A stretch of DNA of 52,646 nucleotides from an uncultured Gammaproteobacteria bacterium (GCA_964573235.1 CAZNIV010000004.1:1-52646); one strand, 5' to 3'. Shown: positions 43,660 to 52,577, numbered from the stretch's first letter. Numbers and translations: made by a program. Notes: generated from the sequence alone by a model not told the origin.

Positions 43660-46206
43660 TTAGTGTCTCCAGAAGGCGAATGAAAAGGGGTTATTTATTG
43701 ACTGTGGTAAAGTTGTTTCTAGTGCAGTTACATCGGCATTGGTTAAGGTAAATGTACCACTAGAGGTCATAGTCAATTTTTTAGCTAATAAATTATTAGC
43801 ACCATCAGAAACCATAAACATTAGCTCCGATTCGTTTAGTGGGTTAGTTTGTATATCAAAAGAACCAAATGGGCTAATAGGGGCTGGAGCGAGGATTAGG
43901 TCGGACTGAAGAGTAAAAGTTGAGCCATTGCCCACATACCAGTCAAAAGCGGTTGAAGTTTTATCGGCGTATCTTATAACTGATCTAGTGGTAGCGCCAG
44001 AAATTAACCAACCGGTAGAGACTAATTTTTTGCCAGCCAAGGGGGTGTCACAAGAATTATCAATATTAGCAGTGTTGGTCCAAGAACTACCGCTCCAGTA
44101 GCCAATTTGTAATACGCTACCGTCATTTCCGATTGAGGCAAAAACAATCTCATTACTATGTGGATTAGCTGAAATGTCTAAGTTGGTTGCGTCGTCTTTA
44201 AAAGTCGGTGGCGTAGTTACTGATCCCCAAGTACAAGTTGCGGTGCCACCAGTGCAGGTGCGGTATCTGACACCATTGGTATTGCGCTTGCCAACCGAAT
44301 TAGCCCAAACGATCATAACATCTCCAGATAGTGATTCGTATTCAACATCAAAGTCCTCAACATCCTGAGCGTTACCAACTACCTCTAAGGAAGTTTCTGA
44401 GGCCGTTGTTGGTTCGTTACCCCAGGCGGTACCACTCCAAATCATAGTGGATAAATCAGAATTTGAATCAGCCCAAATAGTTGAAATTAAATCTTTTCCT
44501 GCCCGTTTATCCCAAGCCATTTTAACCCACTGTATAATGCCAGAGGTTCTTACTGGATTTAGGTTGGTGGCGGTTGTCCAATTTGCGGTGCCACAGCCAG
44601 AGCTACCCAATTTTGTGACATAAGCGAGTTCGTTGGTGGTGGCGACATTGGTACTGTATAAAATCATTGCATCGCCAGAATTATTTTCGTAGGCAATATC
44701 AAAGCGTCTGGTTGATCCGGTTCCACCTACAGTTTTTGAAAATTCTTGAGTCCAAGTAGATCCATTAAAACACATAACATTTAATACGCCAGCGGAAGTA
44801 ACAAAGCCGACTATTGCTTCTTTTTTGGTAGGAGATGTTCTGATAACAAAAGAGTTTCCAGATGAAGAAGTTATGGTGTTTATTTGTGATCCAAAAGTGT
44901 CAGTGTATTTATCATACTGTCTATATTTGGGGATTGTAGTGCCGTCACCATAAACAATCACCCCATCGCCACCCTTTTCCTCGTTGGTAATGGTGCAATT
45001 TTTAGTAGTTCCAGGGGTTAGGGTTACCGAACCGCTTGAATTGCAGTCACCACTAAAGGTTTGAGTGTAATCTTGATTATTTGATTCAGATAAGGCATAA
45101 GTGCCAGAATTAAGAGTGGTGGATGCTCCTAATATAATAACTGAGGTACTGGCTTTGTAAGGAGCGAAATCAGCCGCTACTTTTGTTCCGCTATGATTTA
45201 TAACAGTTTTATTTACGGTAAGAAAGGATAATTTTTCTTCGTTGGTTAGTAGGCAATTTTTTGTTGTATTGGGGTAAAGAGTGACCAATCCCGATCCGTT
45301 GCAATCACCGCTAATGGTTAAGTTGTAATTAGAATCAGCTACCTGAGAAACAGTGTGGTTGCCCGAATTAAATACATTAGCAATTCCCGAAGTTACTGGG
45401 TTAGTATCAACTTTTATTTGAAAATCAGATATTGTTTTGGTTAGGCCGTGATTAATGACATTATTGGTCGCTATGAGATTGGATGGCTTTTCTTCGTTGG
45501 TAATAAGGCAGGTATTATTAGTGCTCGTGCCAATAGTGATGAGACCAGTGGAATTACAATCACCGCTGAAGGTTTGAGTATAGTCAGGATCATTTTTTTC
45601 AGAAATAGCATAAGTCCCCTCGTTAAATATAGAAGAGGTGCCAACGGTTATAGTAGTGGTGCCCACAGTAAAAGGAGCAAAATCAGCTGCTATTTTTGAT
45701 CCCCCATGATTAATAACTGTTTTATTTACTGTTAAGCCAATGCCAGTATTTAAAATAGCTCTCCAGTTTGTAAAATAGGTACTTAGAGTTAGGGAGTTTG
45801 TTTTAGATACTTGATCGGCCCAAGAAATAGTGACATCTACCTTTTTTTGATCTGGATTAATTGTTGAAATATTCAGGGTTCGATTAAAAATTCCTATAAT
45901 ATCCGAACTTCCTGAAAGATTCCATTGATTACTTGATGTGGATAGGCCATGATTTCCGTCTGATAAATTGATAAAATTAGCATCGCGAATATTTCTTGAT
46001 GCCTCTAAGGCCTCCTCGGCTAAAATAGTGGCTAATTCTTTATTGGCGGAGTTTTGTGTTCCGTTACTTACATTTATTAAAATATTAGTTACCACAATAA
46101 CAAAAATTAAAAAAATAGAAATAGAAACTAAAATTTCTACCAAAGAAAAGCCCGCCGTTTGGTGTTTGGTAGATTTATTTTTAATAAAAAATAGTTCCCT
46201 TTTCAT
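43660..46206 (-). CDS. Giant prepilin-type protein: pilin N-domain, three tandem ~85-aa Cys-pair domains, and a ~435-aa Trp-rich beta-repeat C-domain
   Basis: ...HQTAG-FSLVEILVSISIFLIF prepilin signal, three repeats ending C(L/T)(I/L)TNEEK, and a C-terminal region with recurring FD(I/V)xYExxSGDxM(I)(L/V) and WSG(S/T)xW modules. Confidence 0.8.
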   Translation of the reverse strand: MKRELFFIKNKSTKHQTAGFSLVEILVSISIFLIFVIVVTNILINVSNGTQNSANKELATILAEEALEASRNIRDANFINLSDGNHGLSTSSNQWNLSGSSDIIGIFNRTLNISTINPDQKKVDVTISWADQVSKTNSLTLSTYFTNWRAILNTGIGLTVNKTVINHGGSKIAADFAPFTVGTTTITVGTSSIFNEGTYAISEKNDPDYTQTFSGDCNSTGLITIGTSTNNTCLITNEEKPSNLIATNNVINHGLTKTISDFQIKVDTNPVTSGIANVFNSGNHTVSQVADSNYNLTISGDCNGSGLVTLYPNTTKNCLLTNEEKLSFLTVNKTVINHSGTKVAADFAPYKASTSVIILGASTTLNSGTYALSESNNQDYTQTFSGDCNSSGSVTLTPGTTKNCTITNEEKGGDGVIVYGDGTTIPKYRQYDKYTDTFGSQINTITSSSGNSFVIRTSPTKKEAIVGFVTSAGVLNVMCFNGSTWTQEFSKTVGGTGSTRRFDIAYENNSGDAMILYSTNVATTNELAYVTKLGSSGCGTANWTTATNLNPVRTSGIIQWVKMAWDKRAGKDLISTIWADSNSDLSTMIWSGTAWGNEPTTASETSLEVVGNAQDVEDFDVEYESLSGDVMIVWANSVGKRNTNGVRYRTCTGGTATCTWGSVTTPPTFKDDATNLDISANPHSNEIVFASIGNDGSVLQIGYWSGSSWTNTANIDNSCDTPLAGKKLVSTGWLISGATTRSVIRYADKTSTAFDWYVGNGSTFTLQSDLILAPAPISPFGSFDIQTNPLNESELMFMVSDGANNLLAKKLTMTSSGTFTLTNADVTALETTLPQSINNPFSFAFWRH
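44974..45738 (-). repeat. Three tandem in-frame ~255-nt repeats encoding aa 157-411 of the giant pilin
   Basis: Units begin (L)TVNKTVINHGG/NNVINHGL/TVNKTVINHSG and end ...DCN..G......(T/N)..C.ITNEEK. Repeats 1 and 3 are the closest pair. Confidence 0.7.
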
Positions 46207-46660
46207 TTATGGTAATGTTCTTATTCTTGGCGCTGTTTGTGATGGTAATGGTTCCGGTTGTTAGTGTTGAGCCAGTTACTTTTTCGAAAATTATTTCTGA
46301 AAGACCAGTGGCTGTTATATTGCTCGGGAAAGTTAATCCGTTATTAGTTGGAGCGCTTTGCGCATAACTATTGCCTTTAAATATTTTAACTTCAGTAGAA
46401 AATATTTTTATTCCCCAACGAGAATCATCTTTTCCGGATTGAGCGTTGGCCTTGGCTAAGCGAAGTGCTTCTACGATAGTAGTAGTGGTTATTTCTAGAT
46501 TGCTATTTGATTTGAAAGAATTAAATAGCAGGCTAGATAGGGAAAATAAAATGGAAAAAATACTAATAACTACCAAAATTTCTATCAAAGAAAATCCTTT
46601 TTTAGTAGCGATTAGATTGGATTTTTTGTAAAAAATATTATATTTGATTGGATAAATCAT
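46181..46660 (-). CDS. Prepilin-type protein, GspH/FimT-like minor pseudopilin
   Basis: ...ATKKG-FSLIEILVVISIFSILF, then IVEALRLAKANAQSG typical of the GspH/FimT family. Overlaps pilC by 23 nt and the giant pilin gene by 26 nt. Confidence 0.75.
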   Translation of the reverse strand: MIYPIKYNIFYKKSNLIATKKGFSLIEILVVISIFSILFSLSSLLFNSFKSNSNLEITTTTIVEALRLAKANAQSGKDDSRWGIKIFSTEVKIFKGNSYAQSAPTNNGLTFPSNITATGLSEIIFEKVTGSTLTTGTITITNSAKNKNITINEKGTIFY

Positions 46661-47771
46661 AGATTGGTCCCAAGATAGCTAAGGCAATGAAACCTACAAC
46701 CAAGCCAACAAAGATTAAAATTATTGGTTCTAATACCGTTGCTAAATCTCTAGACATCGCTTCGGTTTTTTCTTCAAAAATAACGCCTACCTTAAGGGCG
46801 GTTTCGGGTAGTCGCCCAGATTTTTCTGATGCTATAAAGAGCTGTTGGATTGGCGCAGGCATGTAGCTGTTGGTTTTGTGGTAACTAGAGAAGGCTATTT
46901 TAAAAGTCTCACCTTGCATAATGCAGTCTTGCAAGTGGGTATAAAACTTTCGGTATCGGGAGTAACTAGAGCCTTTTTTTACTGACTCTAGCGCTTCATT
47001 GGCTTGAAACCCAGCTTGGAGCAATACGCCAAAAATATAACCAAAACGAGCTAATTCTAGTCCTTGGATTAAGTTTTTTATACCAGGAATGCTAAACAAA
47101 ATGGCGTCGCCAATAAATTTAGTTTTTTTATAAAAAAAGACAAAGAAAACTGTTAATATTAATAAAACTATAGTTAAAGGCACAACAATAATGCCGTAAT
47201 GCGAAAAGAAATAACCAACCAAAAGGAGAATTCTGGTACTAATCGGCAGTACGCCACTAGCTGATTCAAAGATAGAAACTATCTTTGGTAGTATGGCCCA
47301 AGAACTGACTAGGGCGATTGAAAAAGATAGAAAAAGAACTACCCCAGGATAAATTAGAGCAGATCGTAAACGAGAGATGAATATTTTTTCTTTATGCTGT
47401 TGAATAGTTACCAGATTAAGATGTTCTGGTAATTTTCCACTTTCTTCACCGGAACGAATAAGGGAAACAACTCTTTCTGAAAGAAAATTAGTTGCTTCAA
47501 AGGCCTTCCATAGAGGCATGCCATCATTGACCATATTTTCGATGGCGGTAATGATTTTTTTTAGGCGCCTTCCTTTAATAGATAAATTAACCGATGATAA
47601 TGCGGTGGATATGCCCATGCCAGAAGCAACTAAAAGGCTTAAATTTTCTATAAAGTAGTCTTGTTCGTCACCAAATCCAACACTAATATATGGCCAGTCT
47701 GGGCGATATTCAAAAACAGGCTTGGTAAAACCTTGTTTTTCATAAGATCTTCTGACCTTAAGCTCTCTCAT
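46638..47771 (-). CDS. pilC: Type IV pilus / T2SS platform protein (GspF/PilC family)
   Basis: 377 aa with two T2SS-F-type repeats and three TM segments. Follows the ATPase gene by 3 nt. Confidence 0.9.
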   Translation of the reverse strand: MRELKVRRSYEKQGFTKPVFEYRPDWPYISVGFGDEQDYFIENLSLLVASGMGISTALSSVNLSIKGRRLKKIITAIENMVNDGMPLWKAFEATNFLSERVVSLIRSGEESGKLPEHLNLVTIQQHKEKIFISRLRSALIYPGVVLFLSFSIALVSSWAILPKIVSIFESASGVLPISTRILLLVGYFFSHYGIIVVPLTIVLLILTVFFVFFYKKTKFIGDAILFSIPGIKNLIQGLELARFGYIFGVLLQAGFQANEALESVKKGSSYSRYRKFYTHLQDCIMQGETFKIAFSSYHKTNSYMPAPIQQLFIASEKSGRLPETALKVGVIFEEKTEAMSRDLATVLEPIILIFVGLVVGFIALAILGPIYDLSNQI

Positions 47772-47774
47772 ATA

Positions 47775-49424
47775 TTATTGCGGTAAGATTACTCGCATTA
47801 ATTCTTCCATGGTGGTGGTTCCGGCTTTTACTTTTTCGACACCATCTTCAAACATAGACACAAATCCTTGTCTTGTGGCTAAATCAGCCACTTCTTTGGT
47901 AGAGGGGCTTTTACCTATCAGATCTTGTAGTTCTGGTGAGGTAGATAAAAATTCAAAAACACCAATACGTCCATTAAAGCCGGTATGTGAGCAGGCCTCA
48001 CAACCCTTTCCTTTATAAAAAGTAAAAGATTTTCCTGTAAAGAATTTACTTACATTTTTACCGAATTTATCCAAGTCTGATTTTGAAACAGTATAACTTG
48101 TTTTGCAGGATTCACAAACCTTGCGAACAAGTCTTTGAGCAATGATTAGCTCTAGCGTTGATCCCACAAGAAAAGGCTCAATTCCCATGTCAATAAATCT
48201 TGGAATGGCTGTAGCAGCGTTATTGGCATGAAAGGTAGAAAGAAGAAGATGCCCAGTAAGTGCGGCATTAACGGCTATTGAGGCGGTTTCTATATCTCTA
48301 ATTTCGCCCACAAAAATAACATTAGGATCTTGGCGAGAAATAGCTCTTAATCCCCTAGCAAAAGTTAATTCCGTTTGGTTATTCACCTGAATTTGATTAA
48401 TTCCAGGTATTTTATATTCCACGGGGTCTTCAATGGTGGTGATATTGATTTTTTTTGTGTTGATGATTTTTATAATGGAATAAAGAGTAGTAGTTTTTCC
48501 GCTACCGGTTGGGCCGGTAACTAATATCATACCGAAAGGTTTTTTAGAACTTTCTATGATTTTATCCTGAAGGGCTTCTGACAATCCAATATCGCCTAAA
48601 GTTAAATCGCGAACGTATGAAGATAAAACTCTGACGGCAATTTTTTCGCCATTTAGCGTGGGAACAATAGAAATACGTAAATCAATAGGGCTATTACCAT
48701 TTTTAGGGGAATATCTTACAGCGCCATCTTGGGTGCTTAAGTGCTCATCGATGCGAAGCTTGGCCTGAACTTTTAAGCGATTCACAATGCCTTCATAATA
48801 TTCTTTTGGTAATTCCCCAGCATCATGAAGAATGCCATCTATTCTAAAGCGAATAGTGATTTTTTTCTCTTGTGGTTCGCAGTGAATATCGGAGGCTTTG
48901 AGTATTAGGGCGTCTTCAAAAATTTGATCCAGTATTTCTGGGGCAATGCGACCCTTTGATTCAATAATTTTTGAAAATTGGGTTTTTAATGCTTGTTGGT
49001 AATTTACAAAAATACTATCAATATCTTCTGATAAAGAAAAAGTGATTTGAATTTTTTTAGTTGGAAATAATTTGGCTAATTCTGGCTTTAAATTTTCATT
49101 TTTTGGCTCATCAGTCGCTATGATTACTTCTTTTTTGTTTTGTTCAAAGACAACTGCTCTAATTTTTTTTGCTATATCTTCAGGGATGAGAAGTACTTGT
49201 TCTTTTGGTGGTTGTTTTGCTAGTAAATTGGAATACGGCAAATTAAAAGACTCAGCTATTGCTTGCCCTATTATATCAACACTAGTAATGCCTTCGGTAA
49301 GTAAATATTCCACTGCAGAACTTCGATGATCATCAGCGTAGATCACCGCTTTTTTTATATCATCAGGAGTAACATAGTTGCCATCGAGGAGAATTTTTTT
49401 TATTGCTATCTCGTCGTATTTCAT
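47775..49424 (-). CDS. pilB: Type IV pilus assembly / T2SS ATPase (GspE/PilB family)
   Basis: Walker A GPTGSGKTTTLYS, Asp box, Walker B (VIFVGEIRD), His box and a tetra-Cys motif (CESC...CEAC). Confidence 0.92.
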   Translation of the reverse strand: MKYDEIAIKKILLDGNYVTPDDIKKAVIYADDHRSSAVEYLLTEGITSVDIIGQAIAESFNLPYSNLLAKQPPKEQVLLIPEDIAKKIRAVVFEQNKKEVIIATDEPKNENLKPELAKLFPTKKIQITFSLSEDIDSIFVNYQQALKTQFSKIIESKGRIAPEILDQIFEDALILKASDIHCEPQEKKITIRFRIDGILHDAGELPKEYYEGIVNRLKVQAKLRIDEHLSTQDGAVRYSPKNGNSPIDLRISIVPTLNGEKIAVRVLSSYVRDLTLGDIGLSEALQDKIIESSKKPFGMILVTGPTGSGKTTTLYSIIKIINTKKINITTIEDPVEYKIPGINQIQVNNQTELTFARGLRAISRQDPNVIFVGEIRDIETASIAVNAALTGHLLLSTFHANNAATAIPRFIDMGIEPFLVGSTLELIIAQRLVRKVCESCKTSYTVSKSDLDKFGKNVSKFFTGKSFTFYKGKGCEACSHTGFNGRIGVFEFLSTSPELQDLIGKSPSTKEVADLATRQGFVSMFEDGVEKVKAGTTTMEELMRVILPQ

Positions 49425-49429
49425 AAGGA

Positions 49430-49795
49430 TTATTTAACCTTTTGTTTTATTCTTTTTATGACTTCTACTATAGGCGTATTTGATTTGATGATAAATTCAG
49501 TTGCTCCAAGTGATCGTACTCTTTTTTCATCCTCCGATTGACTTAGATTGGTTAATACAAAGACAGGAGTTGTTATTTTGTTATCTTTAAGAATTTGTAA
49601 AACCTGAAAACCATCTACTTCTGGCATCATTAAATCGCAAACAATTAAAGAAAAAGCATCTTTTTTGATGATTTCTAAAATTCCCTTACCACTTTGCATG
49701 GATTTAACTTCAAAACCCTCATGAATAAGTTTTAATTCAAGGGCTTTAGCTAGGGGTCTTTCGTCTTCTAGTATTAAAATTTTACTCTTCGCCAT
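49430..49795 (-). CDS. Stand-alone response regulator receiver protein (first gene of the pilus operon)
   Basis: ILILEDE...LIVCDLMMPEVDG...VLTNL...K receiver pattern. 121 aa with no output domain. Confidence 0.85.
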   Translation of the reverse strand: MAKSKILILEDERPLAKALELKLIHEGFEVKSMQSGKGILEIIKKDAFSLIVCDLMMPEVDGFQVLQILKDNKITTPVFVLTNLSQSEDEKRVRSLGATEFIIKSNTPIVEVIKRIKQKVK

Positions 49796-49818
49796 GACTA
49801 TTTTTTAATAATACATTT

Positions 49819-49850
49819 ATTATAACACTTTTTTAGTTTTTTAGCACATT
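49819..49850 (-). promoter_or_regulatory. Extended -10 promoter of the receiver/pilB operon
   Basis: On the minus strand: TGTTATAAT (49827-49819). The -35 is weak. It lies 24 nt upstream of ATG 49795. Confidence 0.45.
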
Positions 49851-49869
49851 TTTTTGCCTAGAATAATAT

Positions 49870-50457
49870 TTATTCCTTATTTTTTTTAAAGGCGTCCGGA
49901 TTGTTAAATTTTTCGTTCCATTCTTCTGGGTTGCCGTAATCGGCAAAGTCACTATACCATCCATGACTAAATTTCGGCTTACGAGCCGCCTTGATCGGGC
50001 ACCAATATCTTTCAGTGCGCCCGGCAATTTCAACGGAATAAGCGAGTAGACCATTGGCGTAAGAGCAATATAGGCAATGTATTTTTTCAAGTAAATTTAG
50101 GTAATCAAGAAACTGGCGATCATAAACAATAAAGTCGCGGCGTTTAACTTTGGGGATTTGGTAAAGAGGAAAGGCAACCGCGTGGTACAATGTGATGAAT
50201 AAGTCTAAGAGTACTAGGGGTACAACCATCATATAAATAAATGGCAAAGATAAAAGATGCCTAATATTTTTAGGGATGACGTATTTCCAGGTAGGGATTC
50301 GGAAAGTCTTGTTTTTTTGGCGAACGGGTTGGGAAAAAACGATTTTTTTGCCAGAAAAAGAAAAACCGTATTTTTCTGCTAATTGATTGTATTTTTTCGA
50401 TAGTTGTTTGTTTAAAGCGTTGATTTTTTCTAATAGCTCTTGGATGTTTTGTTTCAT
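49870..50457 (-). CDS. Conserved-looking hypothetical membrane protein
   Basis: 195 aa with an N-terminal coiled coil, one hydrophobic hairpin (LLSLPFIYMMVVPLVLLDLFITLYHAVAF) and a Cys/His-containing C-domain (CLYCSY...YWCP). Confidence 0.55.
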   Translation of the reverse strand: MKQNIQELLEKINALNKQLSKKYNQLAEKYGFSFSGKKIVFSQPVRQKNKTFRIPTWKYVIPKNIRHLLSLPFIYMMVVPLVLLDLFITLYHAVAFPLYQIPKVKRRDFIVYDRQFLDYLNLLEKIHCLYCSYANGLLAYSVEIAGRTERYWCPIKAARKPKFSHGWYSDFADYGNPEEWNEKFNNPDAFKKNKE

Positions 50458-50502
50458 GATACTGGTTATGCCTTGTTAGTTAAGAGATTTTTAGGTTTAA
50501 AA

Positions 50503-50991
50503 TTATTTTAGATAACTACCAAAATGAATAACATGGCAAGTATAGCCATCGGGATTTTTTTGTAAGTAATCTTGGTGATATTCTTCGGCCGGATAAAACT
50601 TTTGAAGAGGCTCAAGTGTGGTTATGACTGGGCCTTTCCAGCGCTTAGAATTATTAACGATTTCAATAAAACTCTCAGCCTCTTTTTTCTCTTCCTCATT
50701 TTCATAAAAAATAGCTGATCGATAAGATGAACCGATATCGTTTCCCTGGCGATTTAGGGTGGTGGGATTATGAATTTGAAAGAAAAAATCCAACATATTT
50801 TTATAGGATGTTTTCTCAGAATCGTAAATTATTTCAATTGCTTCAGCATGGCCTTCATGATTTTCGTATGTGGGATTTTCTACTTTACCTCCAGTATAAC
50901 CAACGGTGGTACTTATTACTCCTGGTTGTTTTCTGATTAACTCTTCCATTCCCCAAAAACAACCGCCAGCTAAAACTATTCTTTTAGTCAT
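50503..50991 (-). CDS. msrA: Peptide-methionine (S)-S-oxide reductase
   Basis: [31 protein letters not shown] is the MsrA active-site motif (GCFWG). Confidence 0.92.
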   Translation of the reverse strand: MTKRIVLAGGCFWGMEELIRKQPGVISTTVGYTGGKVENPTYENHEGHAEAIEIIYDSEKTSYKNMLDFFFQIHNPTTLNRQGNDIGSSYRSAIFYENEEEKKEAESFIEIVNNSKRWKGPVITTLEPLQKFYPAEEYHQDYLQKNPDGYTCHVIHFGSYLK

Positions 50992-50995
50992 ATAT

Positions 50996-51631
50996 TTATT
51001 TTATCTCAACTAATACTTCATTTCTGGTCATCCATGGCGGAGTCCATGGCGCATTATATCCGGCATAAGCCACATTCCCTTCGGTTATAATCCCATCACG
51101 CTTTAAGGCTAGAAGTAGTTTTTCTTGTAGGCTCTTGATTCGCGTGCCTGATCGATACCAGGAAAAGCGCATCACCGCATATTTTTTGGTAGGAATAGTT
51201 GTTATTTTTACCCTAGAATCATTGGGGGTCGGTAAAGTTTCTAGTGTTTGAGATTGAGGCATACCAAATGAGATAATATATTCATTGCCATTATTGATTG
51301 CCAATACTGGGGCGGTCATAGAAATATTTTCTGAAACTTTTTTTGTTTCCTCTGTTTTGGCAATTACCGGAGCAGTCATGGCGATACTTTCTTTTTTGGT
51401 GTTACCGCCAAAAATGTATCCCGCTAAAATACTAAAACCACCATTTAAAGATTCATCGTAAGATCCCTTTATTGTTGTTTGAGCCACGATATGGGCTGGA
51501 TATTCTCGTAACTCATAGCCATTCATTTTTTTTGTCACAATATAGTTAGCTTGTTCAACGTGAGAGCCGAAAAATCCCCAGACAGACCAGAGTGCGATAA
51601 TGGCTATAAAAACGATGATGGTATACAGCAT
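50996..51631 (-). CDS. SOUL heme-binding family protein with an N-terminal membrane anchor
   Basis: [14 protein letters not shown]...[13 protein letters not shown]...IAMTAPV...MTAPV... pattern typical of SOUL/HBP. Confidence 0.8.
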   Translation of the reverse strand: MLYTIIVFIAIIALWSVWGFFGSHVEQANYIVTKKMNGYELREYPAHIVAQTTIKGSYDESLNGGFSILAGYIFGGNTKKESIAMTAPVIAKTEETKKVSENISMTAPVLAINNGNEYIISFGMPQSQTLETLPTPNDSRVKITTIPTKKYAVMRFSWYRSGTRIKSLQEKLLLALKRDGIITEGNVAYAGYNAPWTPPWMTRNEVLVEIK

Positions 51632-51635
51632 ATTT

Positions 51636-51989
51636 TTAGGTATTTATGGATTTATTAGTTTTGTTTTTTGTCTTTGATGCCTTTAGATTATCAGCAGTAA
51701 TGCGAACCAACTCACTTAACCATTCACAATCTTCAATCTGATCTCCATTAATCAACATTGAGGCTTTTGCTCCTTTGTATGCGTGCCCTTCTTTATAATG
51801 CCCGTCAGCGAATTTTTTTCCTTGATTTGTGATTTTTATAAACAATGTATCACGACACACTAAACCAACGACTTTATCGTTACAATATAACGCGTACTCG
51901 CCGAACATTTTACGAGTACGCACATTTTGTACTGATATTAGTTGGTCTAAGATAAAATCAATTGTAGCTTGCCTTGTTTTAAGGTTCAT
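51636..51989 (-). CDS. TfoX N-terminal domain protein
   Basis: RKMFGEYALYCNDKVVGLVCRDTLFIK resembles the TfoX_N core (MFGG.G.Y.....F..I..D.LY.K). Confidence 0.7.
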   Translation of the reverse strand: MNLKTRQATIDFILDQLISVQNVRTRKMFGEYALYCNDKVVGLVCRDTLFIKITNQGKKFADGHYKEGHAYKGAKASMLINGDQIEDCEWLSELVRITADNLKASKTKNKTNKSINT

Positions 51990-52078
51990 AATTGAATTTA
52001 CGTAAATCTCTGAGAATTTATATTACTGTTTACCGATTCAATATAAGGGTACCTGCTCCCCTATTTTTAAAACATTTT

Positions 52079-52339
52079 TTATCGCTCGATTTTATTAACA
52101 GTTATAACTCTAAAGGTATTTGAATTTACTGTAACTTTAATGTTATTTTTTGCATTTGTTACATAAAAATTTTTTCCAATCTTTGAATAAAAGTTTTCTT
52201 CAGTCTCTTCTAAAATTTTAAATATAAATTTTTCAATTTGTTTTTTAGAAAAATTGAGATTAATTTTTTTATTTATTCTCCCGTAAACAAGTTTAGTGTA
52301 ACAAATATTTTCTAAAATTTTTTCTTTATTTATGATCAT
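52079..52339 (-). CDS. Small hypothetical protein (DUF3781-like?)
   Basis: IGKNFYVTN...IKVTVNSNTFRVITVNK resembles the GKNWYV...ITVN..S..IIT core that I recall for DUF3781. The start is uncertain: the track ORF runs to 52423 but would then overlap the GC-rich structured element. Confidence 0.4.
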   Translation of the reverse strand: MIINKEKILENICYTKLVYGRINKKINLNFSKKQIEKFIFKILEETEENFYSKIGKNFYVTNAKNNIKVTVNSNTFRVITVNKIER

Positions 52340-52395
52340 AATACTTTTAAAAGTACAGCTTATAAAATACTTAAAAAATTTCGAACTTGGTAATC

Positions 52396-52577
52396 TGGCG
52401 GAGAGGGTGGGATTTTTCGTCATAATTTGTCGTCGAATTATGGCAAATTATTTTGTCCGGGGTGGTCGCCAATTCTGCGTCAGCTCGAATTGGCTAGTAG
52501 TTTCGCTTCGTCGCTCGTCTTCCGACTCGCTCCTTACTCAACTAGCCACCCGTTCGAATTTCTTTATCCTCTCACCT
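52396..52577 (-). ncRNA. Candidate structured ncRNA (~180 nt, class unknown) ending in a tRNA-like ...AAAUCCCACCCUCUCCGCCA
   Basis: GC-rich island in noncoding sequence with nested helices. Outer helix 52397-52406/52568-52576. Inner helix GGGTGG/CCACCC 52460-52465/52546-52551. Hairpins at 52422-52441, 52442-52458, 52470-52492 and 52492-52547. A GGAA tetraloop and a G-U pair exist only on the minus strand. Confidence 0.35.

Noticed and set aside
49833-50090. 85-aa minus-strand ORF overlapping the 3' part of 49870-50457 in another frame
   Set aside because: It is fully nested in or overlapping a longer ORF with better coding features, and it would extend across the pilus operon promoter.
52492-52547. 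SRP (4.5S) RNA helix 8, suggested by the GGAA-capped hairpin
   Set aside because: The flanking internal loops (GCGA/GAGC) do not reproduce the conserved symmetric and asymmetric loop sequences (..CAGG../..AGCA..), and the hairpin is embedded in a multi-branch fold.
52396-52577. tmRNA (ssrA): a 5' GGUGAGAGG...AAAUUCGAACGGG resembling the tmRNA 5' consensus, a 3' tRNA-like end, and an internal GACGAAGCGAAACUAC string reminiscent of tag-coding sequence
   Set aside because: The discriminator is G, not A. There is no G3-U70 alanine identity pair. No T-arm 5' strand or pseudoknots are present. At about 180 nt it is far shorter than known one-piece tmRNAs. The best reading frame ends ...LLANSS rather than a hydrophobic Ala-rich tag.
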